Positions 9,418 through 18,694 of a stretch of 56,744 nt of DNA are shown piece by piece. Origin of the DNA: Gammaproteobacteria bacterium (GTDB lineage: Bacteria; Pseudomonadota; Gammaproteobacteria; UBA9214); assembly GCA_035527955.1 (NCBI GenBank), contig DATKZN010000049.1, positions 1 to 56,744 of the forward strand. Reading direction: 5' to 3'. Within the stretch, counting starts at the first letter, position 1. Each line of letters opens with the position of its first letter. The notes under the pieces are model-generated. The model had not been told where the DNA came from. It did not search any database and saw only the letters and a list, made by a program, of their open reading frames with translations. The position numbers and the translations under genes were made by a program.

Positions 9418-9801
9418 TCAGCTGAAGAAGCGTTCGTGGATGATCAGCCCCCAGCACAACACCACCATCCAGAGACTGATGAAGACTGCCGCAGAACCCA
9501 TATCCTTGGCGCGGCCCGCAAGCGGATGCCGTTCCTCGCCCATGCGATCGACTGTCGCCTCGACCGCGGAATTGAGCAGCTCGACGACCAGTACCAGCAG
9601 GGCACTGCCGAGCAGTAACGCACGCTGCGTTGCATTGCCGCCGACCCAGAACGCAGCCGGCACCAGCAACACGCACAACAGCAATTCCTGGCGGAAGGCG
9701 GCCTCGTGTCGCCAGGCTGCCCGCAGGCCGGCGGCAGAGTAAAGACCGGCATTCCAGATACGGCGCAGCCCGGTCACCTGATTATGCTCGCCCATACTCA
9801 C
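9418..9801 (-). CDS. dgkA: diacylglycerol kinase
   Basis: 127 aa with three TM helices. RIWNAGLYSAAGLRAAWRHEAAFRQEL and ELLNSAVEATVDR match DgkA. Confidence 0.9.
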   Translation of the reverse strand: MSMGEHNQVTGLRRIWNAGLYSAAGLRAAWRHEAAFRQELLLCVLLVPAAFWVGGNATQRALLLGSALLVLVVELLNSAVEATVDRMGEERHPLAGRAKDMGSAAVFISLWMVVLCWGLIIHERFFS

Positions 9802-9962
9802 TCCTGGTCAGGGGAGAGCCAGTGTACACACCGCCGTATGCTTCATCCAGCCACCCGCGTGCTGGCCGGACAAATACCGGCGCACGGTCATCCGTCAGGG
9901 ACTCCCGACGGGACAGCAGCGCAGGCACAGACACCGGCGCACCTGTATAACACGCCTGAACG

Positions 9963-9990
9963 CAAACGACGGCCGCATGGCCGTCGTTTG
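9963..9990. terminator. 12-bp perfect hairpin downstream of the 10014-10229 CDS
   Basis: CAAACGACGGCC-gcat-GGCCGTCGTTTG read directly. No U-tract on either strand. Confidence 0.35.
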
Positions 9991-10013
9991 TGTCACTGCA
10001 TGGATTTGGTCGC

Positions 10014-10229
10014 TCAGGCAGTCCTTGCGAGCGTCGCCACCGGGCTGTCACGCAGCTGGATGATCCGGATTGCCTCATCGGTCGACTGCACCGGCACGAA
10101 CCGGGCCGGACCGGCCGGCTCGCGGAATACAATGACCCGGTTATGGCCGCAGTAAAGATAAGCCAGTGTTGAATGCCTGTGAAAGGCCTTTTGACAGCAG
10201 TCGCAAGGTACCGCGTTATGTCTGCTCAT
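10014..10229 (-). CDS. hypothetical small Cys/His-containing protein (71 aa)
   Basis: Trimmed to the ATG at 10227-10229, which is preceded by GGGGGA (SD) 5 nt upstream. The N-terminus reads AVPCDCCQKAFHRH. No family recognised. Confidence 0.5.
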   Translation of the reverse strand: MSRHNAVPCDCCQKAFHRHSTLAYLYCGHNRVIVFREPAGPARFVPVQSTDEAIRIIQLRDSPVATLARTA

Positions 10230-10348
10230 GATCGTCCCCCTATATCCCGGCACCCCCCGTGCCGGCTTATAGCAGATCAATCGTCCCGGCATTCATGAAC
10301 TTGAGCCGCAGCCGCCCGCGTCAGGACGTGTGGCGCGTCGGTACCGGC

Positions 10349-10849
10349 TCAGTCCGCGAAGTCGAGCCGCTCCTGCACGGCGTCGAGGCCGCGCCGGGCA
10401 CAGGCGGCATCCTTGTCGCCGCCCGGCGCACCGCTCACGCCCACGGCACCGATCATCGAGCCGGCCACGCTGATCGGCAACCCGCCCTCGATGAGCAGCA
10501 CGCCGTCAAGCTCGTTGAGTTCGTCGCGGATACGCGCCATGTTCTCGCGCACCTCGCCGGACGCCAGACCCGACATCACCACGGCATTGGCCTTGTTGCG
10601 CGCCAGCTGCATCATGTACTTGCTGGAGAACACGTCGCGCATCACGACCACGTCATCACCGCTGCGATCGGTCACCACGGCCGACACCTGGTAACCGTCC
10701 TTGCGGCAGGCGTCGATCGCACCCTGCGCGATATCACGCGCCAGTTCCAGACCCAGCAGCCGCGACGGAACCACGTCCTCCGCACAGGCGCCAGCGGCGA
10801 TCAGCAGGGCCGGCATCATGACCAGACATTTTTTCAGTATCGCTTTCAT
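10349..10849 (-). CDS. GlcG/HbpS-family heme-binding protein (DUF336) with signal peptide
   Basis: GGLPISVAGSMIGAVGVSGAPGGDKDAACA is the hallmark DUF336 C-terminal motif. The start overlaps the upstream gene's stop by 4 nt. Confidence 0.85.
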   Translation of the reverse strand: MKAILKKCLVMMPALLIAAGACAEDVVPSRLLGLELARDIAQGAIDACRKDGYQVSAVVTDRSGDDVVVMRDVFSSKYMMQLARNKANAVVMSGLASGEVRENMARIRDELNELDGVLLIEGGLPISVAGSMIGAVGVSGAPGGDKDAACARRGLDAVQERLDFAD

Positions 10850-11859
10850 TGCTCCACCTCCTCTTGCAAACCAATATGCTCGATGCGAGCCAGCGTTGCC
10901 GTATCCGCGGCCAGCAGTTGCGCCTCGACCAGGCGCGGCACCAGGTCACGCCAACCGGCGTCGACCCGGAACACCTCGGCAAACACGGGCAGCGCGGCAT
11001 CGACCCGCTGCGCGTTCACCAGCGCGACGGCGTGCCAGAACTTCATCTCGACATTGCCGGGCGCCAGCGCCTCCGCCGCGCCGTATTGCGCCAGGGCAGT
11101 TTCGACGTCATTGCGCTCCAGCGCATGGTCGCCGTCGTTCATATGATCGTAGGCGCTGTCCAGCGTCAACAGGCGCCGCAGTTCGCGCAAGGGCGCGGGA
11201 TGATCCTCGACATGCAGGTCCACCAGCGTGTCCTGCCACGGGTGTTCCGATGCCTGCGCACGCACCACCAGCAGCGCAGCCGACTGTTTGCCGCGCAGGT
11301 CGCCACCACTCGCCTGTGCCGCTTCCAGCGCCGCCAGCATGCGCTCCGCGAGACTGCCGCGTGCCGCGCGGAACGCTTCGGCCATGGCCTCGGGCACACC
11401 GGGACTGACCATGAGATTGGCCTGCACCGCGAAGTTATCGCCGGCCAGGTGCCCGGCATACTGAATGCACTGGCGGCCGGTATGCTGGGCGATCCGTCCC
11501 TGCGCATCGATCATCCCGACCTGGCGCACCTCCGGGGTCGGGTCGGCACGCAGCAAGGCATCCAGTGCCTGTTGTGCAGATTTGCCCTCCCCCATCAGGT
11601 CAAGCCCTTCCATGCCGTAGCGCACGTCGATGAAGGACTGCGTGGCCACGGCACCGACACCGGCCCGGGCCCAGGGCACCAGCGTGCCGACCGAAAACCA
11701 GTGTGACTGCACCGCCACGCCGAGTTCGCCGGTGTCGGGATCGCGCGCCACGATGGAATAGGTATGCACGGGACGCACCGCACCGGGCAACGGCTGTGCC
11801 AGCAGCGGAATGGGCTGCAGCCATACGGTCACGAGCAAACAAAGGAAAAGGATGCGCAT
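10846..11859 (-). CDS. DUF1028-family (Ntn-hydrolase fold) secreted protein with C-terminal TPR-like region
   Basis: The 571-aa ORF is trimmed to MRILFLCLLVTVWLQPIPLLA (signal peptide). HTYSIVARDPDTGELGVAVQS is the DUF1028 N-terminal nucleophile motif. Confidence 0.8.
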   Translation of the reverse strand: MRILFLCLLVTVWLQPIPLLAQPLPGAVRPVHTYSIVARDPDTGELGVAVQSHWFSVGTLVPWARAGVGAVATQSFIDVRYGMEGLDLMGEGKSAQQALDALLRADPTPEVRQVGMIDAQGRIAQHTGRQCIQYAGHLAGDNFAVQANLMVSPGVPEAMAEAFRAARGSLAERMLAALEAAQASGGDLRGKQSAALLVVRAQASEHPWQDTLVDLHVEDHPAPLRELRRLLTLDSAYDHMNDGDHALERNDVETALAQYGAAEALAPGNVEMKFWHAVALVNAQRVDAALPVFAEVFRVDAGWRDLVPRLVEAQLLAADTATLARIEHIGLQEEVEQ

Positions 11860-11931
11860 GTCTTGTCTCTGCCAGGCAAACTGTGCAAACTCGGAACGCA
11901 CTGCAACGGCAGTGGTCATACCCCCCATACT

Positions 11932-12519
11932 ATGCGAACTTCCCTGCAACATGTAGCCCTGATGTCCCTGCTGGCCATCCTGCTGCCCGGCGCCCTGCCG
12001 TGGACATCCGCGGCGGCGGTCGAGCGGGCCTTCCAGGGACCGTACATCGAGAACGATGACCTGCTGGTCGTGCTGGTGCCGCGCTCTCCCGAACAGATGG
12101 CGGCCTTCTACGAGGCGCGCGGTTTTCCGCGCGCGGCCATCGATCGGATCCGTCAGACCTGTTTCGTGACCGTGCATATCAAGAATAAAAGCAGGGACAT
12201 CATCTGGCTGGACATCGACCAGTGGCATTTCACCGGCAACGGCAAACCGCTCACTCGCCTGGATGACAGTTACTGGCGCGACCAGTGGAATGATATAGAT
12301 CTGCGCCAGGCGAGCCGTTCCACCTTTGGCTGGACCCAGTTGCCGCCGGTGCGTGACCTCCAGCCGGACGAACCGGTCGGCGGCAACCTGGTGTTTCCCG
12401 GTGACACGAACACACTGACCATCGAGGCAAAGTTCCCTGCCGGCGCCGACCGGCAGGGCGAACCGATCAGCATAGGCTTCGGCAGCATCCACTGCAGCAA
12501 GGGAGCAGACAATCCGTGA
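11932..12519 (+). CDS. hypothetical secreted protein (195 aa)
   Basis: Trimmed to MRTSLQHVALMSLLAILLPGALPWTSAAA (signal peptide). The stop overlaps the GTG start of the downstream tlpA-like gene. Confidence 0.6.
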   Translation: MRTSLQHVALMSLLAILLPGALPWTSAAAVERAFQGPYIENDDLLVVLVPRSPEQMAAFYEARGFPRAAIDRIRQTCFVTVHIKNKSRDIIWLDIDQWHFTGNGKPLTRLDDSYWRDQWNDIDLRQASRSTFGWTQLPPVRDLQPDEPVGGNLVFPGDTNTLTIEAKFPAGADRQGEPISIGFGSIHCSKGADNP

Positions 12520-13061
12520 ACAGCATTGCACGCATCGCCTGCATCCTGTGCTTGCTGGCAATGTCGCAGGCAGCGCCCGCCGCAGAACTCCCCACAGGCG
12601 TCATGCGCGTTGACGGAACCCCGGCACCGGCACTGCAGCTGAACAATCTCGACGGTGAGCCGTATGACATCGCCGACACCCGCGGCCACTGGCGCTTCGT
12701 GCATTTCTGGGCCAGCTGGTGCGGCCCGTGCCGCCGCGAAATGCCCACTATTCAGAAGATGTTGCCACTGCTTGGCGAAACCGGCCTGGAGATCGTACTG
12801 GTCAACACAGCCGAGACCGAGGACGAGGTATTTACTTTCCTGGCGGCGGTTGCGCCCGACCTGGTGCCACTGCTGGACAGCGACGGACTGGCAACTGACG
12901 TCTGGCAACCACGCGGTCTGCCCGCGACCTACCTGGTGGACCCGCAGGGCAGGATTCAGTACCAGGCACTCGGCGGTCGCAGCTGGGACCAGCCCGCCTA
13001 CCTCGATTTCCTGCGACAGCTGCGACCGGCGGCTACAGCCACTCCAGCAGATAGTAGATAA
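12516..13061 (+). CDS. TlpA/ResA-family periplasmic thiol:disulfide oxidoreductase
   Basis: Signal peptide followed by the thioredoxin-fold motif FWASWCGPCRREMP (CxxC). Confidence 0.9.
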   Translation: MNSIARIACILCLLAMSQAAPAAELPTGVMRVDGTPAPALQLNNLDGEPYDIADTRGHWRFVHFWASWCGPCRREMPTIQKMLPLLGETGLEIVLVNTAETEDEVFTFLAAVAPDLVPLLDSDGLATDVWQPRGLPATYLVDPQGRIQYQALGGRSWDQPAYLDFLRQLRPAATATPADSR

Positions 13062-13278
13062 ACTGCCCTTCAGAGGATTTCGAAGGACCTACCACGCGTG
13101 CGGCATACCGCCTGTTATCCGGATCGGCCGCCGCCAGCGCGGCCTCCACGCTCGCGAAAATCTCCACGCAACCGGCCGGGAAGCGCTTGCGGTTCTGGCG
13201 CGGCGTGAAGATCACGGCATAGCGCTCCTGCGAAACGCCGGTCTCGGGGTCCGGTGGCACGATGCCGCGCAGGCTCAT
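13033..13278 (-). CDS. hypothetical protein (81 aa), last gene of the rhombosortase operon
   Basis: Trimmed to MSLRGIVPPD. Its ATG overlaps the sixA-like stop (ATGA). No family recognised. Confidence 0.55.
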   Translation of the reverse strand: MSLRGIVPPDPETGVSQERYAVIFTPRQNRKRFPAGCVEIFASVEAALAAADPDNRRYAARVVGPSKSSEGQFIYYLLEWL

Positions 13279-13754
13279 GCCGTGCTTCCCTTGCTGCAAA
13301 GCTCCGGTCGCAGCATCCAGATCAGCACCCAGCGATCGTGATCGATGCGCTCCAGGCACAGCACGGAACCCGGCTGGAAGACGACCAGCTCGGCCTGCGC
13401 ATCCTGCAGCAACAGTAACGACACCAGCCGCGCCATGAACGGCAGATGCCCGACCACCAGCGTGTCCTCCTGCCAGACATCGGCATCCGCGATGAATTCG
13501 GCCACCGGGTCATTCGGGCCGAGCCCGGCAAGCTCCTCGACCTGGCCACGCGGCATTACCCGCCGCGCCAGGCACAGTGCGGTCTGCAGCGCGCGCGGCT
13601 TGCCGCTGTGCCAAACCCGCTGCACCCGCACACCCGCCGCACCCAGCATGCGCGCCAGGCACTCGACCTCTTGTCGACCCGTTTCGCTCAGCGGGCGCTG
13701 CGGATCTTCATCCTTGCCAAGCGCCAGTCCGTGTTGCGCAAGATAGAGCTTCAT
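13275..13754 (-). CDS. sixA: SixA-like phosphohistidine phosphatase with a QHG variant of the catalytic RHG motif
   Basis: 159 aa, close to E. coli SixA in length. KLYLAQHG, KPRALQTA and VVGHLPFMARLV parallel SixA's MRHG, LRAEQT and ISHLPLVGYLV. Confidence 0.75.
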   Translation of the reverse strand: MKLYLAQHGLALGKDEDPQRPLSETGRQEVECLARMLGAAGVRVQRVWHSGKPRALQTALCLARRVMPRGQVEELAGLGPNDPVAEFIADADVWQEDTLVVGHLPFMARLVSLLLLQDAQAELVVFQPGSVLCLERIDHDRWVLIWMLRPELCSKGSTA

Positions 13755-13770
13755 GGCCGGGCCACAACCC

Positions 13771-14403
13771 TCACACCCGGCGCCCTGCAGGAAGCTGGAT
13801 CGGCCGCTCCCGGGTAGTACGCACGGCCTGGTGGACCAGGGCGCCAAGCAGACCCGCCACGGCCCCGTACAGGTGGGCATCGACGATCACCGGCTCGCCC
13901 AGCCAGTGCCCGGTACCGGATGACCAGGCACCGGACTGTTCGGCGAACAGCTTCACCAGTACACCGGCCAGCAGCAAGATCGCCGCAGGCCGGCTCCGAA
14001 CCAGCAACCAGCCGCAGGTCACCAGCAGGCCGTGCAGAACGCCGGACAGGCCGGCATACCAGTCGATGTCCGGATTGAACAGCAGCAAACCGAGCGACAC
14101 CAGCGGCGCGTACAGCAGCAGGCAGACCAGCGCCTGCAGAGTGGACATGGCCGGCCGGCACAACAGCAGTACCAGCAACAGCGCCAGCAGGTTCAGTGCC
14201 AGGTGCAACGACCCGAGGTGCACCCAGTGCGCCGTGAACAGGCGCCACCATTGACCGTCCAGAACGGCGGCCCGCTCGTATCTGAACAGCGCTTGCAGCG
14301 CATCCGCGGCAGGCGAGAGCTGCAATGTCGCGGCCAACAGCACTGCAGCCAGCACCGCAATAGTCAAGCCTGCAACCGCAGGCCGCACACACCGTCCAGA
14401 CAT
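13771..14403 (-). CDS. rrtA: rhombosortase (rhomboid-family intramembrane serine protease)
   Basis: GQWWRLFTAHWVHLGSLHLALNL and WYAGLSGVLHGLL (GxSG) are present. The start is trimmed to MSGRCV, 1 nt after the stop of the GlyGly-CTERM lipoprotein gene. Confidence 0.85.
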   Translation of the reverse strand: MSGRCVRPAVAGLTIAVLAAVLLAATLQLSPAADALQALFRYERAAVLDGQWWRLFTAHWVHLGSLHLALNLLALLLVLLLCRPAMSTLQALVCLLLYAPLVSLGLLLFNPDIDWYAGLSGVLHGLLVTCGWLLVRSRPAAILLLAGVLVKLFAEQSGAWSSGTGHWLGEPVIVDAHLYGAVAGLLGALVHQAVRTTRERPIQLPAGRRV

Positions 14404-14404
14404 C

Positions 14405-15268
14405 TCAGGCCTCCCGTCGGCGCCCCGGCCGCAGGGCCAGCACACACACCAGCAGGAACACCAGCGCGGCCAGATCGAACGCGCCGCCGCCACCGCGGTA
14501 GGAATCGCGGTACGAGACCGTCACGCTCTTGTCCTGCTTGATGCGCTCCCGGAAGCTGTCCAGCTCGGTCTCGAGATTGCCGGTCATGTCGGCCATCGCC
14601 GCGGCGAAGCTCTGTTCACGCGCCTCGCGCAGCTGCTTGCCACTGCCAACCAGCGTGGTGCTGCTGGCCTCGCGATGCACGCCCGGCGCCCTGAACAGCA
14701 GCTTGTGCGTGTTGATGTCAAAAATCGCGGTATCGACGAAGGTCTGCACATCGGTATCGCTGCCCTTGATGAGGTAGGCACCGACGATGGTCCAGTAGAA
14801 GATCGAGGCCTTGTTGTCATCGCTGTTGGCAACCTGGTCATAGGACACCAGTGCCATGACATCGAGCCCGTACAGGCGCGCGATCTGGTCGACGCCCTCG
14901 AAGCCCTTGCTGGAGCGCAGATAGGTATCGGGAATGATGGTGATTTCGCTGATAAAATCACGGTCGGCGAAGCGCTGCCGCACCTGCTCCAGCAGCTGGG
15001 CCTTGCTGGCCTCGGTCAGGCCCGGCGTGTTGTTGGTCCCGGCCGGAACGAACGCCAGGCCGATATGCAGCGGCACCTCGAGGTGGGGAATGTTCTGGTC
15101 ATGTTTCGGCGGAATCGTGCCATCCGGGTAGAGATAGTCGACCAGACTGCTGGAGACCCCTTTCCTGGCATTGTGACCCTCGAAATAGTCCTGCCACAGG
15201 GTCGTACAGCCAGAGATCATCAGTGTGATAAGGAACAGCAATAGTGCGCGCCCGATAGCATTCCGCAT
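14405..15268 (-). CDS. rhombotarget lipoprotein (lipobox plus GlyGly-CTERM sorting signal)
   Basis: The N-terminus has the lipobox LMISGC. The C-terminus reads YRGGGGAFDLAALVFLLVCVLALRPGRRREA, i.e. a Gly-Gly motif, a TM helix and a basic tail. Confidence 0.85.
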   Translation of the reverse strand: MRNAIGRALLLFLITLMISGCTTLWQDYFEGHNARKGVSSSLVDYLYPDGTIPPKHDQNIPHLEVPLHIGLAFVPAGTNNTPGLTEASKAQLLEQVRQRFADRDFISEITIIPDTYLRSSKGFEGVDQIARLYGLDVMALVSYDQVANSDDNKASIFYWTIVGAYLIKGSDTDVQTFVDTAIFDINTHKLLFRAPGVHREASSTTLVGSGKQLREAREQSFAAAMADMTGNLETELDSFRERIKQDKSVTVSYRDSYRGGGGAFDLAALVFLLVCVLALRPGRRREA

Positions 15269-15348
15269 AAACCCCTCCCTGTTCTTGAAATTATCGTACT
15301 GCGACGATTACCGTCGCCCCGGCATTATAGGGCACAAGCATTACCGCT

Positions 15349-16230
15349 TCAGTGGCCGGCGATAAAATCCACCACCGCCCTGACCGTCTCCCGGTCACGC
15401 AGTATACGTCCATGCCCCAGCCCGCGGGTTTTCAGGAACCGCGCACCTGGCCAGGCCGCGGCGATGCGCTCACCCTGCTGCCAGGGCACACCGGTGTCGA
15501 GTTCGTCATGCACGATCAGGGCCGGCGCCGAGAGCCGGCGGGCATTGCTCTCCGTGGAAATACGCTCCCAGAAATCATCCTCGAAACGCGCCTCGAGCCG
15601 GCGCCGCAGGTCCCTCACCACGGCCGCATGCATGTTCAGCGTGTTGGCGAAACTCTCGACCAGGAACTCGACATCCGCGGGGGCGCTGATGCAGACCACG
15701 CGCTGCACCGACAGGCCGTGACTCATGGCATAGGCGAGCACCATGCCACCAAACGAATGCGTGATTGCCGCATGCAGCGGGCCATAGCGCTGCTGCAGCG
15801 CCAGCAGCACGCCGGCACATTCCAGGATATTGGTTTGCTTGCCGGGTGTATCACCGTGACCCGGTGCATCCAGGGCAATGACCTGGTAACCGGCATTCAG
15901 CAAGGGCTCGACAAACGCGGCGACCTGGCTACCGCGCCCCGACCAGCCATGGATGAACAGCACGGGCGGCCCGGCGCCCCAGCGATACACCGCCACCGGT
16001 ATATCCCCGACCGGGAGCGTCTCGCGCATGGCATTGAGGGTGACCTGCCTGCCGGCGGCCGATTCCGGAAAACGGCGGGTACTGAACCAGAGCGTGTAGG
16101 CCCAGCGCCCCATCAGCCGGGGCAGCAACGCACCCATCGGCCCGAACAGAAACCGCATTGCACGCAGGGCCGGCGGCAACGGCTTGTCATTGCGGCGTGA
16201 ACCATGCAACTGTTCCTGAGGACTGGACAT
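15349..16230 (-). CDS. alpha/beta-fold hydrolase
   Basis: Contains VLFIHGWSGRGSQ and the nucleophile elbow HSFGG. The start is trimmed to MSSPQEQ; the later M at 16158 is also possible. Confidence 0.8.
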   Translation of the reverse strand: MSSPQEQLHGSRRNDKPLPPALRAMRFLFGPMGALLPRLMGRWAYTLWFSTRRFPESAAGRQVTLNAMRETLPVGDIPVAVYRWGAGPPVLFIHGWSGRGSQVAAFVEPLLNAGYQVIALDAPGHGDTPGKQTNILECAGVLLALQQRYGPLHAAITHSFGGMVLAYAMSHGLSVQRVVCISAPADVEFLVESFANTLNMHAAVVRDLRRRLEARFEDDFWERISTESNARRLSAPALIVHDELDTGVPWQQGERIAAAWPGARFLKTRGLGHGRILRDRETVRAVVDFIAGH

Positions 16231-16445
16231 AAGGATCGAACACCTGACAGGCCAAGCATAGCGCGTGTGGACGAGGGCACCACCCGGCGGGCGGACACAC
16301 GCCGCCACAGGCGCCTGCCTTTGCATGATACCCTGAAAAATCAGCCGCTTGTTAACAGGCCTTTCGGTCCAGACAGAAATCCGTATGATGACCCGCCACT
16401 GCACCGGCAACGGGCATTCGGGCAACACAGGACAGCGGAGCGACC

Positions 16446-16727
16446 ATGGCATCGACAGTAGATGAATTAACCATCCGGTACGAAGAAGACGGCATCGAAA
16501 CCATCAAGGAGCTGGACAAGCAGATACTGACCAAGGGCGCGTGGTCCACGGTGATCTTCCGCTACCAGGACTGGGACCGCGCGAAGCAGGCCTACGGCCC
16601 CGACAAATACTCGATTCGCCGCTACCAGAAACGCGGCGGCGAATACCAGCAGAAATCGAAGTTCAACATCTCCAGCAAGGACCAGGCCGAGAAGATCATT
16701 GCCGCCCTGCAGGAGTGGATCAAGTAG
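16446..16727 (+). CDS. hypothetical protein (93 aa)
   Basis: ORF track; charged, soluble-looking, with coding-like third positions. No family recognised. Confidence 0.6.
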   Translation: MASTVDELTIRYEEDGIETIKELDKQILTKGAWSTVIFRYQDWDRAKQAYGPDKYSIRRYQKRGGEYQQKSKFNISSKDQAEKIIAALQEWIK

Positions 16728-17106
16728 CCACCGGCCGCGATGCACGGTCGGCGGCCAGCGCCGCCTCCAGCCGCTCCCGGGTCACCGGGACTTCACGTAA
16801 CAGTTCATCGAACAGGGCGCGCTGTTGCACGGACACGGCATCGAGTTCCGCGTCGGCACGATCGAAATGGTATTGCAGGGCCGCCCGGATCATGGCGCGC
16901 GGGCGCCGGCTGATCTCGACAACCCCGGCCGCACCGGCGCTACCCGCCTCGATCTGGTTCGCCAGTTCCAGCAAGGTATAACGCGCGACCTGTGCGCAGT
17001 CGGAACCGCCAGGCGGATAGGCGGCATGCGCATACTCGCGTATCGCGGTGCAGAGGATTGCCCCGATCACGCCATCACAGGCAAGGGTGAGTTTTCCGGC
17101 GGCCAT
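16720..17106 (-). CDS. hypothetical protein (128 aa)
   Basis: ORF track; GC-rich third positions. Convergent with the previous gene, overlapping it by 8 nt. Confidence 0.5.
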   Translation of the reverse strand: MAAGKLTLACDGVIGAILCTAIREYAHAAYPPGGSDCAQVARYTLLELANQIEAGSAGAAGVVEISRRPRAMIRAALQYHFDRADAELDAVSVQQRALFDELLREVPVTRERLEAALAADRASRPVAT

Positions 17107-17215
17107 GTGCCGATTCTAACCCGGCCGGGTCGCACGTGGACCTGCCGGTGCATATTGTAGACGAAGATCCGGCCGGTGCGATTCCGGCCGGATTGATGCC
17201 GAGCGCCGCTGTTGC

Positions 17216-17392
17216 CTAGTCGTCGGCGAACACGTCGAAGAGATGCTCTTTAAGAACCGCGTCTTCCTGCATGATTTCAAGCTTGCGCCTGGCCAGCGCC
17301 TTGCGCAGTGCCTTCAGGGCGGCCATCCCCTTGCGGCGTTTCTTTCTGCCCCGATTTTGTTTCGGAACCACATCCTGAGTGACAGCGCTCAT
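17216..17392 (-). CDS. small, very basic hypothetical protein (58 aa, below the ORF-track cutoff)
   Basis: Hand translation: MSAVTQDVVPKQNRGRKKRRKGMAALKALRKALARRKLEIMQEDAVLKEHLFDVFADD. GGGGGAA lies 4-5 nt upstream of the ATG. Confidence 0.5.
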   Translation of the reverse strand: MSAVTQDVVPKQNRGRKKRRKGMAALKALRKALARRKLEIMQEDAVLKEHLFDVFADD

Positions 17393-17686
17393 GATTTCCC
17401 CCCTTGGGATGCCGGCAGCGGACCCGCCGGCTGGACTCTGTAGGACTATCGGCCAGCGCGGAAACCGTCTTTAGACAGGACGGCCCGGCTGCCACCCGTG
17501 GCAGCAACCGGCACGGCAGCACCCGGGCAATGAGCGTTAGGTGACTGTTTCAATGTCTTTTTATGGCGCGCTGCGGACCAGGCCCGGACCGCTGGCGCGC
17601 TATCGTCACCGGCTCGGCTTACAGCCCGCGGTACGCTATCCTGAACTCCGGCACTACAGCACCGGTCATATCAGCGAGGTAACAAG

Positions 17687-18202
17687 ATGATGATTTCAGG
17701 ATTCTTTACCGGCGGTTTCCTGCTGCTGTTGCTGATCGCACCGGTACGTGCTGCGCCGGTCTATTCCTGGACCGATGCCCAGGGCGTCACCCATTTCAGC
17801 GAGACACCGCCGGACGATGCGCAGATCGAGAGCAGCGTGCTGGAGGTCGAGCCGGCACCGGTCGCCGGCCCACCCGTTGCAGACGACTACTATTCCGTCG
17901 CCAACCAGGCGGCCCGCATGGCGGCACGCCGGCTGGAACAGGAACGCCTGCGCGCGGAAATACTCAGGGCCGAAGCCGAGGCACGGCGGGCGGACGCCGA
18001 TGCCGCCGCGGCGGCTCGCGAACAGGCCGAAGCGGCGGCCGGTGATCGCGACACCCGCTATTACCCGCTGTATCCCTGGTATCCCTACTACGGTTATCGT
18101 CCCTATCCGAACCACCGCGACCATCCGCGTTTTCCACCGCCCAGGCCGCATCCGCCGCCGAAACGCAACAAGAAGCTCGTGGTGAACCCGGCCACGCCAT
18201 GA
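17687..18202 (+). CDS. DUF4124 domain-containing protein
   Basis: Signal/anchor segment followed by VYSWTDAQGVTHFSETPP (DUF4124 signature). The C-terminus is a Tyr/Pro-rich low-complexity tail. Confidence 0.8.
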   Translation: MMISGFFTGGFLLLLLIAPVRAAPVYSWTDAQGVTHFSETPPDDAQIESSVLEVEPAPVAGPPVADDYYSVANQAARMAARRLEQERLRAEILRAEAEARRADADAAAAAREQAEAAAGDRDTRYYPLYPWYPYYGYRPYPNHRDHPRFPPPRPHPPPKRNKKLVVNPATP

Positions 18203-18409
18203 ATAGAACCCCGCACAGCTTTGCCTGTTACACTGCGCCGGAAAAGCGCAACCCGTGGCAAACGACTGCAGCATCGGACGCGACCCGCGAACGATTCAGC
18301 CCAATTGTTCGCGCGTTCCCGCGCTCCTGCGCCCATAGACGAACTGGCCGGTGCGGATGCGGTCCGCATACAACCCGGCATAACACCGGACAGATGCGAG
18401 GCAAGCGCA

Positions 18410-18688
18410 ATGACTGACACTGACACCGAAAACGAAAGCCCGCTGCAGTTTCCCTGCGAATTTCCCATCAAGGCAATGGGGAAAAACGACTGCGACCTGG
18501 ACATGGTTGTCGTGGAAATCGTGCGCCGGCATGTCCCGGACCTGACCGAGGGTGCGGTCAGCAGCCGGGCGAGCACGCACGGCAAGTATGTGTCGGTGAC
18601 CGTGGTCGTCAACGCCACCAGCCGCGCCCAGCTGGATGCTATCTACCAGGACCTGGTCGATTGCGAAACCGTCATCATGGCGCTCTGA
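18410..18688 (+). CDS. ybeD: YbeD-family (DUF493) protein
   Basis: Trimmed to MTDTDTENESPLQFPCEFPIKAMG, which includes the conserved YbeD FPC.FPIK motif. Sits in the conserved position upstream of lipB. Confidence 0.85.
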   Translation: MTDTDTENESPLQFPCEFPIKAMGKNDCDLDMVVVEIVRRHVPDLTEGAVSSRASTHGKYVSVTVVVNATSRAQLDAIYQDLVDCETVIMAL

Positions 18689-18694
18689 TCCCGC

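Noticed and set aside
10846-12561. 571-aa ORF on the minus strand.
   Set aside because: Only the C-terminal 337 aa (from MRILFL, a signal peptide) is a recognisable DUF1028 protein. The N-terminal part is antisense to the 11932-12519 gene and has junk composition.
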